A DNA stretch of 64,000 nt from Deltaproteobacteria bacterium. Its GTDB lineage: Bacteria > Myxococcota_A > Polyangia > Fen-1088. The translations under genes were made by a program, and so were the position numbers. The stretch lies in NCBI GenBank assembly GCA_033763315.1, contig JANRKS010000017.1, positions 97,597-161,596 on the forward strand, given 5' to 3'. Every line of letters begins with the position of its first letter. Position 1 is the first letter of the stretch. The notes under the pieces are model-generated. The model was not told the origin of the DNA, did no database searches, and worked only from the letters and a program-made list of their open reading frames with translations. Shown one piece after another: positions 27,386-37,037 of the stretch.

Positions 27386-28834
27386 TTACACAAGCAATTC
27401 GGTGATGGGGCCTTTGCTGTAGGTAGGATCGCCAAACTTTTCTACGGGCGCTCCAAAGGCTTTGGCCAACGTCACCAACAAGTCGTTGTGCTGCCGCATC
27501 GCCACAGCCTGCGCCATGTATGAGTTCAGCACCGGAAACTGAACAACCTGCTTCGTTTTTAATTTCCCGCCCGCGCTGCCGATCAACACGAACGGCATGT
27601 TGAAGTGATCGTGGTTGGACCCGTTGTCCAGTTCGTTGCCCCAAGCGATCACACATTGATCCAGCAAGGTCTTGCCACCATCGACCGGGAACTGAGATAG
27701 GCGTTTGCACAGATAGGCCACTTCTTCGGCGTAAAAGACGTTGATGTCCGTCATTTGCGCGATCGGCACTTTAAACTGGTCCAGCTGCTGCTGCGTGGGA
27801 CGCTCCGCATCCGTGGCTTGCGGCGCCTGGGGCCCAAGCGTGAAAGGCTGGGGCGCTTCGTGCGAGATGCTGTGGTGGTCTTTGCTGTGGCCGAGCCAAT
27901 CCGCAACCATCGGGCTGCGCGCTTGCGACATTTGCAAGCTGGCAACGCGCGTGAGATCGCAGGCCAGCGACATCGCGAGCAATTCAATGGCATCACGTGT
28001 GGCCTTGGGAAACGCCTTTGTGCCAGTGATGTTGTCTGGATAGGCACAATCCGCGGACGCGGGTGTGTTGTTGTCGTTTAGGCGGCCCTCAAGTGTGCTC
28101 CAGCCATCGCGGAGCGCATCAAGGTGACGCTTGTCTTCGGTGCACAACTTGGGCGACAAGCGCTGCAGTTCGCCTGAAAGGTGTTGCAACACGCGCTTGC
28201 GCACCAAAAGCTTTCGCGCTTGCACAGGATCCACCGTTGGCATGGAACCGCCGCCGCCTTTGCCGATGCCCAAGAACAACTGGTCACGCGCGGCGATCGG
28301 ATCTTCACGCGGATCCACGGGCGCACCCGGGCCGCTGTAGATCATGCGGTTTTCGATGGTCTTGCCCTGGAAGTCCTCAGGCGCCCGCGCACGAAACTCA
28401 AGACTCGCGTACTTTGTGCCCGCGCCCTGGCTCATGAGATGCTTCGCGACGGTTTGATCAATTGTCTCACCGGCGGGCGACATCGGCGTGGCGCCTTGTC
28501 GACCACCGCTCCACAGGGTCGACATGCCGCCTTCATGCGTGCCACCCACGGAAGATGCGACTTTGTTCTGCAAGCCCGTGACGATGTTCATTTTGTCTTT
28601 GTAGGCGTTCAACGGCGCAAGCCAGGGGCGCAGCGTGAAATCGTTGCCCGCTACGTCGGCGCCCCACAGGTGGCGCACCACACCGTTGGGCGTGAACAGC
28701 AGAATCAAATACCGCTTCTCTTGCGCTGCCCAAGCGGGTAGGGCACGCATGAACGTGGCCGCGGCCGGCAAAGCAAAGGGTGATGCGCCCACGGCACGCA
28801 AGAACGCGCGACGTTGTTTCGATACGGATTTCAT
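27386..28834 (-). CDS. DUF1552 (HxxSH) domain protein with Tat signal
   Basis: QRRAFLR; FTPNG; TIDQ; LACDLTRVAS; HHSISH; NELDNGSNH; ATGA overlap with its partner gene. Confidence 0.88.
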   Translation of the reverse strand: MKSVSKQRRAFLRAVGASPFALPAAATFMRALPAWAAQEKRYLILLFTPNGVVRHLWGADVAGNDFTLRPWLAPLNAYKDKMNIVTGLQNKVASSVGGTHEGGMSTLWSGGRQGATPMSPAGETIDQTVAKHLMSQGAGTKYASLEFRARAPEDFQGKTIENRMIYSGPGAPVDPREDPIAARDQLFLGIGKGGGGSMPTVDPVQARKLLVRKRVLQHLSGELQRLSPKLCTEDKRHLDALRDGWSTLEGRLNDNNTPASADCAYPDNITGTKAFPKATRDAIELLAMSLACDLTRVASLQMSQARSPMVADWLGHSKDHHSISHEAPQPFTLGPQAPQATDAERPTQQQLDQFKVPIAQMTDINVFYAEEVAYLCKRLSQFPVDGGKTLLDQCVIAWGNELDNGSNHDHFNMPFVLIGSAGGKLKTKQVVQFPVLNSYMAQAVAMRQHNDLLVTLAKAFGAPVEKFGDPTYSKGPITELLV

Positions 28835-30531
28835 TGGCATGATTGGCCTCCTTGCGCGGCCGCGCGAAAACGAAACGCTGGTGTGCCCACCACGGCCACC
28901 AGGGCCTCCCGCAGGTTCAGGCCACTGGCGTCAAACGCGCGCCACATCTCCTCGAACGAACATGCATCGGCTGTACGCTCTTCGCGCGCCAGGGCCCATC
29001 GCATCGTTTGAACGGCGTAACACTGTTGCGCTTGCTTGCTGGTGGCCAGCTTCTGGGCCAAGGCAACGGGTCCATCAAACGTGCCTGAAATGTCATCAGG
29101 CAGCTCCGTGAGTTCAGGCTTTTCGATGAAGCCCATGGCCGCCGCCCCCTCTTTATAGGCGCCTATCGCGTCGAAGCGGGCGAAGCCTTTGCCGATCGGA
29201 TCCATGTATCGATGGCAGTTGGCGCACGAGCCTTTGGAATGTTCATCGAACAGCTCTTCATCGCTCTTTCCGGCCACCGGCGGCACATTGGTGTTGGTGC
29301 CAGGCGGCGGCGGCGCCACCGGATCACACAGCAGTTGTTCGCGTACAAGCTTGCCACGCAACACAGGCGAGGTTTGCAGCGCATGCGCGGCGTTCGCCAA
29401 CACGCTGGCATGAGTCAGAACGCCTCGGCGCGAAGCGGGGAGGGGCGTGCGCACAAAATCATCGCCGCCGCCAGTCGCACCATAAAACGCACCCACTTCT
29501 TTGTTCGCGAAGGTGTAGTTGGCAGTCAACAGCTCGGTGAAACTGCCACTGTCGTTGCGTGCCACCTCCAAGAAGAATCGTCGCGTTTCTTCCACCATCG
29601 CGTTGCCCAAAGTGGGCGTGAACGTGGGAAAGCTGTTGGCGTCCTTCCCCGCAGGCGGACGTTCCACGTTGAGCCATTGCTGCGCAAAATCCGCCAACGC
29701 TGCATCTGCCTTGCGATCTTGCAGGAGGCGCCGCGCTTGCTCTTGCACGCCGGCAGCGTTATCAAGTTTGCCGGCGTCCGCGGCAACCAGCAATGCGTCG
29801 TCCGGAACGCTTCGCCACAACGTCAGGGCCAATCGCCCTGCGATCTCCCCTGAGGTCAACGGCACAACGCCACCGGAGCCGGCACCAGACTCAAGCGTAT
29901 AAAGAAAGTTCGCTGAAGTAAGAATCGCGCCCACACCCAACTGCAAAGCGGCCTTTGCATCGCTGCTGGCCAAAGCGTCATAGTCGGCCAGCAGTTGTTT
30001 CTTTTCTTCGTCGGCAAAGGTGCCGCGAAACGCTTTGCGCGCGGTGCTTGTCAGCCACCCTTTGATGCACGTTTTATCGGTTTCAGAGGCGCAGCCCGTG
30101 ACGGCAGAAACCGTCGATGACACGCGCTCGGCCACATCCAAGGCGGCATTCAAATATTGTTCGGCTGCCAAACCACTGAGCGTGCTTTTCGAATTGCTGT
30201 TGAACCCGGCCACCTTCTCTTCGGCCACAAAGCCGTCGCCCGGGTGCGTATCGTCTTTAAACAAGTCTCGCACGGCGTTGTTGTATTCAAGCCGCGACAG
30301 GCGCCTTACCGGTTGCCACGCCACCATGGGGGCAGCACACTGGCCGCCGCCACGGTTGCGTTCGCCCAACGCGATGAGAGGCGTTCCGCGCGTGCCATCG
30401 TCAGCCACAGGTTTGGGCCCAGTGCCGCCCGCGCCAACGTTGCCTACGTCCACAGCGCCCTTGCCGCAGGCTGAAACGGCGCCGAGCAGCAGGAGGCTGC
30501 CGATACTCAGAAAGAAATTTTGGTACCGCAC
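28831..30531 (-). CDS. DUF1592/DUF1588-family multidomain lipoprotein with one CxxCH
   Basis: RRLSRLEYNNAVRDL; LWRSVPDDALL; TSPVLRG; CANCH...DPIG; lipobox VSAC. Confidence 0.88.
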   Translation of the reverse strand: MRYQNFFLSIGSLLLLGAVSACGKGAVDVGNVGAGGTGPKPVADDGTRGTPLIALGERNRGGGQCAAPMVAWQPVRRLSRLEYNNAVRDLFKDDTHPGDGFVAEEKVAGFNSNSKSTLSGLAAEQYLNAALDVAERVSSTVSAVTGCASETDKTCIKGWLTSTARKAFRGTFADEEKKQLLADYDALASSDAKAALQLGVGAILTSANFLYTLESGAGSGGVVPLTSGEIAGRLALTLWRSVPDDALLVAADAGKLDNAAGVQEQARRLLQDRKADAALADFAQQWLNVERPPAGKDANSFPTFTPTLGNAMVEETRRFFLEVARNDSGSFTELLTANYTFANKEVGAFYGATGGGDDFVRTPLPASRRGVLTHASVLANAAHALQTSPVLRGKLVREQLLCDPVAPPPPGTNTNVPPVAGKSDEELFDEHSKGSCANCHRYMDPIGKGFARFDAIGAYKEGAAAMGFIEKPELTELPDDISGTFDGPVALAQKLATSKQAQQCYAVQTMRWALAREERTADACSFEEMWRAFDASGLNLREALVAVVGTPAFRFRAAAQGGQSCQ

Positions 30532-30602
30532 TCTACCAATTCAACGCGTTCGAGGCGTGAACTGGGAACCCCTGCCAAGCGCGCCCTGACGTTTGCGCCG
30601 AC

Positions 30603-31304
30603 TCAATTCTTTTTTGTCTTGTTATTCTCTTCGTACCAATCCGCAAACGAAAATACCTGCGCCGTGCCTGAAGGCTTTTTCTTTGTCTTGCCCGACCTTT
30701 GCCAGCGCGCCATCGGAACCATCCAAAGGTACCCCAGCCCTTCGGCGATGAAGTGCGGAATGAATGCGGCCACCCCTGAAAACAACGCGTAAAGAACCGT
30801 GAGGCCGACCGTGAGCTGTGCCAACCGCAAGCCAGAAAGCGGTAACATCCCAAAGAAGTTCAGCGTGCGGTTGCGGAAGCTCAGCCCCCAAATCACCAAC
30901 AGACCATCAAGCAAAGGCCACACCCCCGCCGCGCCCACCGGCCACGCCAGTGCCATGGCGGTGGTCAGCACGCCCACGAGCAACGTGAGAACCAGCGTCC
31001 GCAGCGCGAACGCCCGCTCGCCCCAGGCATCAACCAGATCACGGCCCACCCAATAGAGGGTGTAGCCGCCAAACAACAACCCAATGGGCTCCCCCTCAAT
31101 GAGCGGCCACGTGATCAAGCGCCATACCTGACCCCGCAGCACATCCGCGGGCGACAGGTAGATCATTTGGCCCAGCGGGAGGCTGGTGTTGCGGCCTAGC
31201 ACCGCCGCTGCAATGGAAGTGACCGCCATGGCACCAATGATGACGGCAATCACCCGGGGCATACGCAGGGGCCCAATCACAAAGTCGTTCGACGCACGCG
31301 GCAT
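30603..31304 (-). CDS. Rhomboid-superfamily membrane protein, apparently lacking the catalytic Ser
   Basis: GQVWRLITW motif and multiple TM helices; the usual GxSG position reads GVWP. Confidence 0.7.
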   Translation of the reverse strand: MPRASNDFVIGPLRMPRVIAVIIGAMAVTSIAAAVLGRNTSLPLGQMIYLSPADVLRGQVWRLITWPLIEGEPIGLLFGGYTLYWVGRDLVDAWGERAFALRTLVLTLLVGVLTTAMALAWPVGAAGVWPLLDGLLVIWGLSFRNRTLNFFGMLPLSGLRLAQLTVGLTVLYALFSGVAAFIPHFIAEGLGYLWMVPMARWQRSGKTKKKPSGTAQVFSFADWYEENNKTKKN

Positions 31305-31385
31305 GGCGGAAAGATAGCGCGAATTCTCCCGGGTGGCCGGGGCGCCCACATTGACAAACCCAGCGCTTTGGGCGGCAATGGCGTC

Positions 31386-31805
31386 ATGAAAGATCGCATC
31401 GAACTGGTGGCGGACATCCTGATGGGCGCGGCTTACACCGATAGCCAGCTGCACGGGGAGGAAAAGCGAGTCATTAAAGACTTGCTCGAGGGGTTGATCA
31501 GCGAGCCGAGCTTGCCCCCCAAATTGATGTCGCGCATCGAGGCGTTTTCGCCCAAGACGTTCGATTTGGAAACCACCGCGGAGGCTTTCGCGGGCGACAC
31601 AAACGAGCAAAAGCGCGCCTTGCTGCAACTCGTGGCGGCGGTCAACGACGCGGACGAGGAATACGATCTCGAAGAGGATCAGTACCTTCGCAAAGTCGCT
31701 TTTGCGATTGGCCTCGATCGTGAGCACTTCGCCGATCTGGTGCTGGACGTCGTGGAAGAGTCCGACTTGGAACAAGATCTCGAGGACATCCGCTTCACTG
31801 AATAG
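31386..31805 (+). CDS. TerB-like (tellurite resistance family) helical protein
   Basis: AAYTDSQLHGEE...AVNDADEEYDLEEDQYLRKVAFAIG pattern. Confidence 0.75.
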   Translation: MKDRIELVADILMGAAYTDSQLHGEEKRVIKDLLEGLISEPSLPPKLMSRIEAFSPKTFDLETTAEAFAGDTNEQKRALLQLVAAVNDADEEYDLEEDQYLRKVAFAIGLDREHFADLVLDVVEESDLEQDLEDIRFTE

Positions 31806-31884
31806 AGCGGACAGCTGTCCGGACACATGCCTCGTTTTCTGAGGCCGCCGCCGCCCTTGGCCTTGGTATGGGCGCCTTTTGCCA

Positions 31885-31900
31885 TGGCATGTGCTTTGCT
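31885..31900 (+). promoter_or_regulatory. Putative sigma-54 (-24/-12) promoter
   Basis: TGGCATGTGCTTTGCT matches TGGCACG-N4-TTGCW with exact GG-N10-GC spacing, 12 nt before the next start codon. Confidence 0.6.
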
Positions 31901-31912
31901 GCCTAGGCGCGC

Positions 31913-32401
31913 GTGTCCGGGTGTGAAATCGACGTTGAGAACTTGTATCGCCAATTCGGCGCGGTGGTGCTGCGGCGCTGTCGCGCTTTGCTGCGCAACG
32001 AGGCGCAGGCGGTCCTGGCGACGCAGTCGACGTTCGTCATGGTGTTGCAAGAGCGGGGATGGCTCGCGCATCCGGCGCCCACGGCCTTGGTGTTGAAGCT
32101 GGCGACGCTGGCGTGTTTGCAGCAGATGCCACCAGAGCCACACGGCGCGTTCGCGAGGATTGCACGTTTGCCGCAACCGCGGCGGTGGTCGCGTCTGATG
32201 TCGCAACGCCGGTGGGACGACGTACGCGTGGCAGCGGTTTTACACGTGGTTGACGGTCTAAGCCTTGCCGAGGCGGCGCGTGAGGCGGGTGTTTGTGCGA
32301 AGCGGCTTCGCCGGCTTGTCGACGTTATCGGGCTTCACGATTGCGACGGGTTCGTCGGCGTCACGGGCGAGCGCGAGGTTTTCATCGCTCAGGCGTCGTA
32401 G
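31913..32401 (+). CDS. Atypical or degenerate ECF sigma-factor-like protein
   Basis: Region 2-like DVENLYRQFGAVVLRRCRALLRNEAQAVLATQSTFV; region 4-like AAVLHVVDGLSLAEAAREAGV; shortened middle. Confidence 0.6.
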   Translation: MSGCEIDVENLYRQFGAVVLRRCRALLRNEAQAVLATQSTFVMVLQERGWLAHPAPTALVLKLATLACLQQMPPEPHGAFARIARLPQPRRWSRLMSQRRWDDVRVAAVLHVVDGLSLAEAAREAGVCAKRLRRLVDVIGLHDCDGFVGVTGEREVFIAQAS

Positions 32402-33025
32402 CTTGTCCTTGTCTGCCGCGCGCCACAGATACCAGGCCGCGACGCTGCGAAACGGGCGCCACGCCTCGCCCCGCGCGAGCAGCGCCTTGGGCGTGGGCAA
32501 ATCGGGCAGCCCATAGGCCACGCGAAACCCATTGCGTACGCCAAAATCATCCACGGGAAACACGTCCGGACGCCCCAGCTGAAAAATCAGCAGCATTTCC
32601 ACGGTCCATCGCCCCACACCGCGAATCTGCACCAAGCGCTCAATGATGGCTTCGTCGTCCATCTTGGCGATAGTTTTGGCGGTGGGAACCACGCCTGCTT
32701 TCGTCTTCTTGGCGATGTCTTGAATGGCAAGCGCCTTGGCGTTTGAGAACCCGACGGCGCGCAGAGATTCAAGTGGCATGGCCAACACATCTGGCGGTGC
32801 CGGGAAATCCTTCTTGGGGGTCAAGGCGATGAAGCGCGCCAGAATGTTCTCTGCGGCCTTGCCGTGCAGCTGTTGATGCGCCACCGCGCGCACGAGGGAT
32901 TCATACGGCGATCGCTCAACATGTGATTCCCAAAGGCACACCCCCACGTCACGAATGAGACCCCGCATGACGGGATCAACCCGGCGCAGGTGTTTGCAGG
33001 CATGGGCGGTATCGACTTTGGCCAC
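32258..33025 (-). CDS. alkA: DNA-3-methyladenine glycosylase II (AlkA family, HhH-GPD)
   Basis: Motifs AVAHQQL, IRGVGRWTVEMLLIF, RPDVFPVDDFGVR and WRPFRSVAAWYLWR. Confidence 0.9.
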   Translation of the reverse strand: MAKVDTAHACKHLRRVDPVMRGLIRDVGVCLWESHVERSPYESLVRAVAHQQLHGKAAENILARFIALTPKKDFPAPPDVLAMPLESLRAVGFSNAKALAIQDIAKKTKAGVVPTAKTIAKMDDEAIIERLVQIRGVGRWTVEMLLIFQLGRPDVFPVDDFGVRNGFRVAYGLPDLPTPKALLARGEAWRPFRSVAAWYLWRAADKDKLRRLSDENLALARDADEPVAIVKPDNVDKPAKPLRTNTRLTRRLGKA

Positions 33026-33080
33026 GCCGCAACCTAACACGCGGCCCGGGGTGCTGTGGTCATGCTATGGCTGCCGGCGC

Positions 33081-33890
33081 ATGGATGTGCCTTCCCTGTG
33101 CGTAACCCCCATCGGCGTTGTGCATTCACCGTTCGGTGAACGAGCAGACGCGCCTCGTCAGCCGGTTGTGGCGGCTGATGTGGAAGGCACCGTGCAACTG
33201 TTTCCAGGGCATGGCTATGAGGACGCCGTTTGCGATCTGGCCGCGTGGGATCACATCTGGTTGGTCGTGTGGTTTGATCGCAACCGAGGTTTTCGTCCCA
33301 AGGTCACGCCGCCGCGAGGTGATCAGAAACGCGGCCTGTTCGCCACGCGCTCGCCGTACCGCCCCAACCCGATTGGCTTGAGTGCCGTGCGGCTTTTGGG
33401 GGTCGATGGCCTCACCCTCTCAGTGCGGGGGCTTGACCTTTTGGATGGCACGCCCGTGCTCGACATCAAGCCCTATGTGGCTTACACGGATTCGATCCCC
33501 ACGGCCAACCACGGCTGGTTGGAGCCGCTGCGGTCGTTCGACGCTGGCGCCCGACCCGCGGATCCGTTCACGCGATTCGATGTAGCTTTCGCCGATCTGG
33601 CCACAGAGCAACTGCGCTTCTTGCGCGAGGAACATGGCATCGATTTGCGCGAACGAATCATCGCCCAGTTGATCTTAGGCCCGGCGCCGCACGCGTATCG
33701 ACGCATTCGGATCGAGGACGGAAAGTTGCGCCTCGCGATCAAAGATTGGCGGGTGTGGTTCCGCGTGCAGGGGCAAGCCATCACCGTGGACGTGTTAACA
33801 AGCGGTTATCGGCCCCGCGAACTTTTTGCGCCCAAGGGCGGGGCCCCCGACGTTCACCGCGTGTTTACCGCGAAGTGGAAGCTCATTTAA
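33081..33890 (+). CDS. tsaA: tRNA t6A37 N6-methyltransferase TrmO/TsaA
   Basis: Motifs PIGVVHSPF...APRQ, GLFATRSPYRPNPIGLS and DLLDGTPVLDIKPY. Confidence 0.92.
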   Translation: MDVPSLCVTPIGVVHSPFGERADAPRQPVVAADVEGTVQLFPGHGYEDAVCDLAAWDHIWLVVWFDRNRGFRPKVTPPRGDQKRGLFATRSPYRPNPIGLSAVRLLGVDGLTLSVRGLDLLDGTPVLDIKPYVAYTDSIPTANHGWLEPLRSFDAGARPADPFTRFDVAFADLATEQLRFLREEHGIDLRERIIAQLILGPAPHAYRRIRIEDGKLRLAIKDWRVWFRVQGQAITVDVLTSGYRPRELFAPKGGAPDVHRVFTAKWKLI

Positions 33891-33951
33891 TCCATAAGGT
33901 TGCCTAACTGTCGCACGACTAGCTTGCGCCTGGGCTAGCGTTAGCGGCGTT

Positions 33952-35784
33952 TTGTCACACGACCCTGCGGTGCCCGATGATCTTGAATCGCTTTACAAGA
34001 ATGTGCGCGACCTCATTGAAGATGCGGAGCGGCTTTGCACGGAGTTTGATGCAGAACTTCGCTTGATCCCCGAGCCGCACCAAGCGAGTGCCAGGAACTT
34101 GATTCACTACGTGGCGTTGCGCCGCAAAGACATTCGCGCCTTGCAAATGGCGTTGGCTGCCTGGGGCCTCAGCTCATTGGGGCGCCTTGAGGGCCATGTG
34201 ATGGCCGGGTTGCTTTCGGTGGCCAACGCGTTGGCGAAATTGCTTGGTCGTGAGCCGCCTCAGGGCGCGCCGAAATTTCGCGAAGGTGATGACACTCTTT
34301 CGCGGCACACCACCGCGTTGTTTGGTTTGCGGCAGCGCGAACATATGGTTCGCATCATGGTGACCTTGGGCGCCGAGGCAGCCCAAGATCTGTCGCTCGT
34401 TGAAACGTTGATCAGCGAGGGCATGGACGTGGCTCGTATCAACACGGCTCACGATGACGTTCACGTGTGGGCCGCGATGATTGGCAACGTGCGAAAGGCC
34501 GCGCAGCGGACGGGGCGCGCTTGTCGCGTGCTGATGGACCTGGAGGGACCCAAACTGCGGACCGGCGCGATGGCCCCCGGGCCCCGCGTTTTGCACGTGG
34601 CCGTCAAGCGCGACGCGCGAGGGATGGTCACCGCGCCGACAGCGGTGACCGTTGTGGCGAATACCACCAGCAGCCGCGCCGAATTGCCGGTGCCTTCGCT
34701 CATTTGGGCTCAACTGCAGGTTGGGGATAGCCTCACCTTCAAAGACATCCCTGGCCGCCAACGTGAACTTACGATCGTCGAGCGCCGTGAGCCGCTGGTC
34801 CTGGCGCAAACCAAGCAGCCATTCTTTGTGGAGCCGGGAATTCAGATCAACCACGTTCGCCAAGGCAAGGTGCTGGCCATTGGCGTTGTGGGCGACATCG
34901 CTCCGACAGAAACCGTCATTCACCTGGCCCCAGGGGATCGGTTTGCCTTGATGGGGCCCACGCACGTGGGGCGGCCCGCACAGCGGCATCATGACATCGT
35001 CCAGCCCGCGGTTGTTCCCTGCACGTTGCCCGAGGTGTTTCGTGAAGTGTCGTTTCACGACCGCATCTTCTTTGACGACGGCAAAATCGCGGGCGTGGTG
35101 CGCGACGTCTCGCCTGAAGCTTTGCACATTGAAGTGCTTCGTACGCCACCCAATGGGGGCAAGCTGGGCGCTGACAAAGGCATCAATTTGCCCGACACCG
35201 CGAGCCGTTTGCCGGCTCTGAGCGATGAAGACTTGCAGCACCTGGATTTTGCGGCCGCCCACGCGGACATCATTGGGTTGTCGTTCGTGCGCACGCGCAG
35301 TGACATCGAACGCCTGTACGAGGAGCTCGACCGGCGCGGCGCCAACCATCTAGGCGTGCTCCTGAAGATTGAAACGAAACGCGGGTTTGAGAACCTGCCC
35401 GACCTGCTGCTCTCGGCGTTGCGGCGGCCAGCGGTCGGCGTGATGGTGGCGCGCGGCGATTTAGGCGTTGAATTGGGCTTCGAACGGATGGCCGAGGTGC
35501 AAGAGCAAATCTTGTGGCTGTGCGAAGCCGCCCATGTGCCGGTGGTCTGGGCCACGCAAGTGCTTGAGACGCTTAACAAGAAGGGGGCGCCCACGCGTGG
35601 TGAAGTGACGGATGCGGCGATGAGCGCGCGCGCCGAATGCGTGATGTTAAACAAGGGCCCCTATGTTGTCGAAGCCGTGCGGTTCTTAGCGGACATTCTT
35701 TTGCGCATGCAGGATCATCACCAGAAGAAGACGCCCATGTTGCGAAAGCTCAAGGTGTCCGAAGGCCGTTGGGTGCCGAGTTAA
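33952..35784 (+). CDS. pyk: Pyruvate kinase (long form)
   Basis: Motifs RIMVT, ARINTAHD, DLEGPKLRTG, KIET, MVARGDLGVE, WATQVLE and CVMLNKG. Confidence 0.92.
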   Translation: MSHDPAVPDDLESLYKNVRDLIEDAERLCTEFDAELRLIPEPHQASARNLIHYVALRRKDIRALQMALAAWGLSSLGRLEGHVMAGLLSVANALAKLLGREPPQGAPKFREGDDTLSRHTTALFGLRQREHMVRIMVTLGAEAAQDLSLVETLISEGMDVARINTAHDDVHVWAAMIGNVRKAAQRTGRACRVLMDLEGPKLRTGAMAPGPRVLHVAVKRDARGMVTAPTAVTVVANTTSSRAELPVPSLIWAQLQVGDSLTFKDIPGRQRELTIVERREPLVLAQTKQPFFVEPGIQINHVRQGKVLAIGVVGDIAPTETVIHLAPGDRFALMGPTHVGRPAQRHHDIVQPAVVPCTLPEVFREVSFHDRIFFDDGKIAGVVRDVSPEALHIEVLRTPPNGGKLGADKGINLPDTASRLPALSDEDLQHLDFAAAHADIIGLSFVRTRSDIERLYEELDRRGANHLGVLLKIETKRGFENLPDLLLSALRRPAVGVMVARGDLGVELGFERMAEVQEQILWLCEAAHVPVVWATQVLETLNKKGAPTRGEVTDAAMSARAECVMLNKGPYVVEAVRFLADILLRMQDHHQKKTPMLRKLKVSEGRWVPS

Positions 35785-37037
35785 AAACGGCCCGACAGGC
35801 CAGCGGGGCTTGCGAACACGCTCATGCCACCGTTGACGGGCACCACCTCGGCTTTGGGCAAAGCATCGAGCATTAACCACAACGCGCCCGCACCACCCAC
35901 GGCGCCCGCGCCCATCGAGATCAACCCGCCCGTGCACATGCCGCCGCGATCGGTGGAGCACCCCAACGCTGTGAGTGTGATGCCGGTGATCAAAGCCATG
36001 CCTGTCAGGGACAAGAAGGTCATCCCTGTGACCAGCTGCCCCCGTGCCGTGCCGTGTGCTTTGAGTTGCAAGGGGCCATCGCTTGCCTGCGCTGCCAACG
36101 TGGGCACCTGCACCTTGTCGGGTGCGCCGAAATTATCCTCCCGTGCACGCATCATCACCGGGCGCACGGGATCAACCCATTTGGAGCACGGGGTGCTGCA
36201 CAGCACTTCATCGTCGGCATAAACCTCCCAGCGATTCGCCGGGTTTGCGGAAACGAAATCCACCTTCACTGTGCCTGGAGGGCCTTCTTCGGCGGCGCGG
36301 CCGGGCAGCGGCCACAGGAACGCTTGGATGGGCGAGGCGCAGTTGGCGTTTGGCGATTCTGCTGTGCCCAAGCTGCAGGCATTGGTGTCACCTGCCGAGC
36401 GCACCAACGATGCTGAACGTGTGTGCGCGCCGCCGGCCTGCGCGCTGGCGAAGCTGGCCCCGGCGCTAATGTTGACGTCGGCGCCGCGTGATAGCGTGAA
36501 GGCACCCACTGAAAGCGCGCTGACGATGTGCGTGGCTTGGGCGCAGTCATTGCTTTCGGGGACCGAAGGAGCGCCAGTCGTTTGCAGTTTGAGCTGGCCC
36601 GCGACATAGGTTTGCACTGACAATTTGCCCGAACGTTTGAGCTCACTTTCCAAGGACGCCGCACCCAGCGGCAGCTTCGCGTAAAGCTCATCTTCGTTGT
36701 TGATTTCCACGACATCTGTGGCGGGCGTGGTGGCCTGCCAACGATATGATCCCGACAGACGGCACTGGGACAAAACCCGCAATTTGCAGCCGGTGAACGC
36801 AACCGCCACCGCGCCTTCGTGCATCAGCGCTTCAAGATTTGCCTTCTCCGATGCGGGCCATTCAGTGACCAGGGGGTTGTTCTGACCGGCGGCGATCTGG
36901 CACTTGTTGCCGGGCGTGGGATCAAGCGGCATCCCGCCCGCAACGCTGCTTGACGAAAGCGGCGCTGCGCAACCAGCGACTGATAAACACACGCATACGC
37001 AAACACACAACGACTGCGCCCACCATTGTTGCTTCAT
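35781..37037 (-). CDS. Hypothetical Cys-rich lipoprotein with PEGA-like segment and C-terminal hydrophobic helices
   Basis: Lipobox VAGC; PLVTEWPASEKANLE domain; CSTPC; two Gly-rich hydrophobic segments near the C-terminus. Confidence 0.7.
   Translation of the reverse strand: MKQQWWAQSLCVCVCVCLSVAGCAAPLSSSSVAGGMPLDPTPGNKCQIAAGQNNPLVTEWPASEKANLEALMHEGAVAVAFTGCKLRVLSQCRLSGSYRWQATTPATDVVEINNEDELYAKLPLGAASLESELKRSGKLSVQTYVAGQLKLQTTGAPSVPESNDCAQATHIVSALSVGAFTLSRGADVNISAGASFASAQAGGAHTRSASLVRSAGDTNACSLGTAESPNANCASPIQAFLWPLPGRAAEEGPPGTVKVDFVSANPANRWEVYADDEVLCSTPCSKWVDPVRPVMMRAREDNFGAPDKVQVPTLAAQASDGPLQLKAHGTARGQLVTGMTFLSLTGMALITGITLTALGCSTDRGGMCTGGLISMGAGAVGGAGALWLMLDALPKAEVVPVNGGMSVFASPAGLSGRF

Noticed and set aside
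30535-30600. Search for the glucan-locus ECF motif upstream of the adjacent DUF1592/DUF1552 pair and of GH9
   Set aside because: I found no GGGAAG-N18-CTCYAW match by eye, so there is no evidence that the DUF pair belongs to that regulon.
31305-31826. Long N-terminal extensions in the ORF track (rhomboid to 31826, dps to 931, propellers to 12943 and 17706)
   Set aside because: They overlap other genes or promoter motifs. Downstream starts with an RBS, signal peptide or translational coupling fit better.
34174-35349. Long antisense or alternate-frame ORFs (e.g. 34174-35349 -, 3779-4744 +, 56133-57068 +, 47410-48192 -)
   Set aside because: They are shadows of well-supported genes in GC-rich DNA and have no recognisable motifs.
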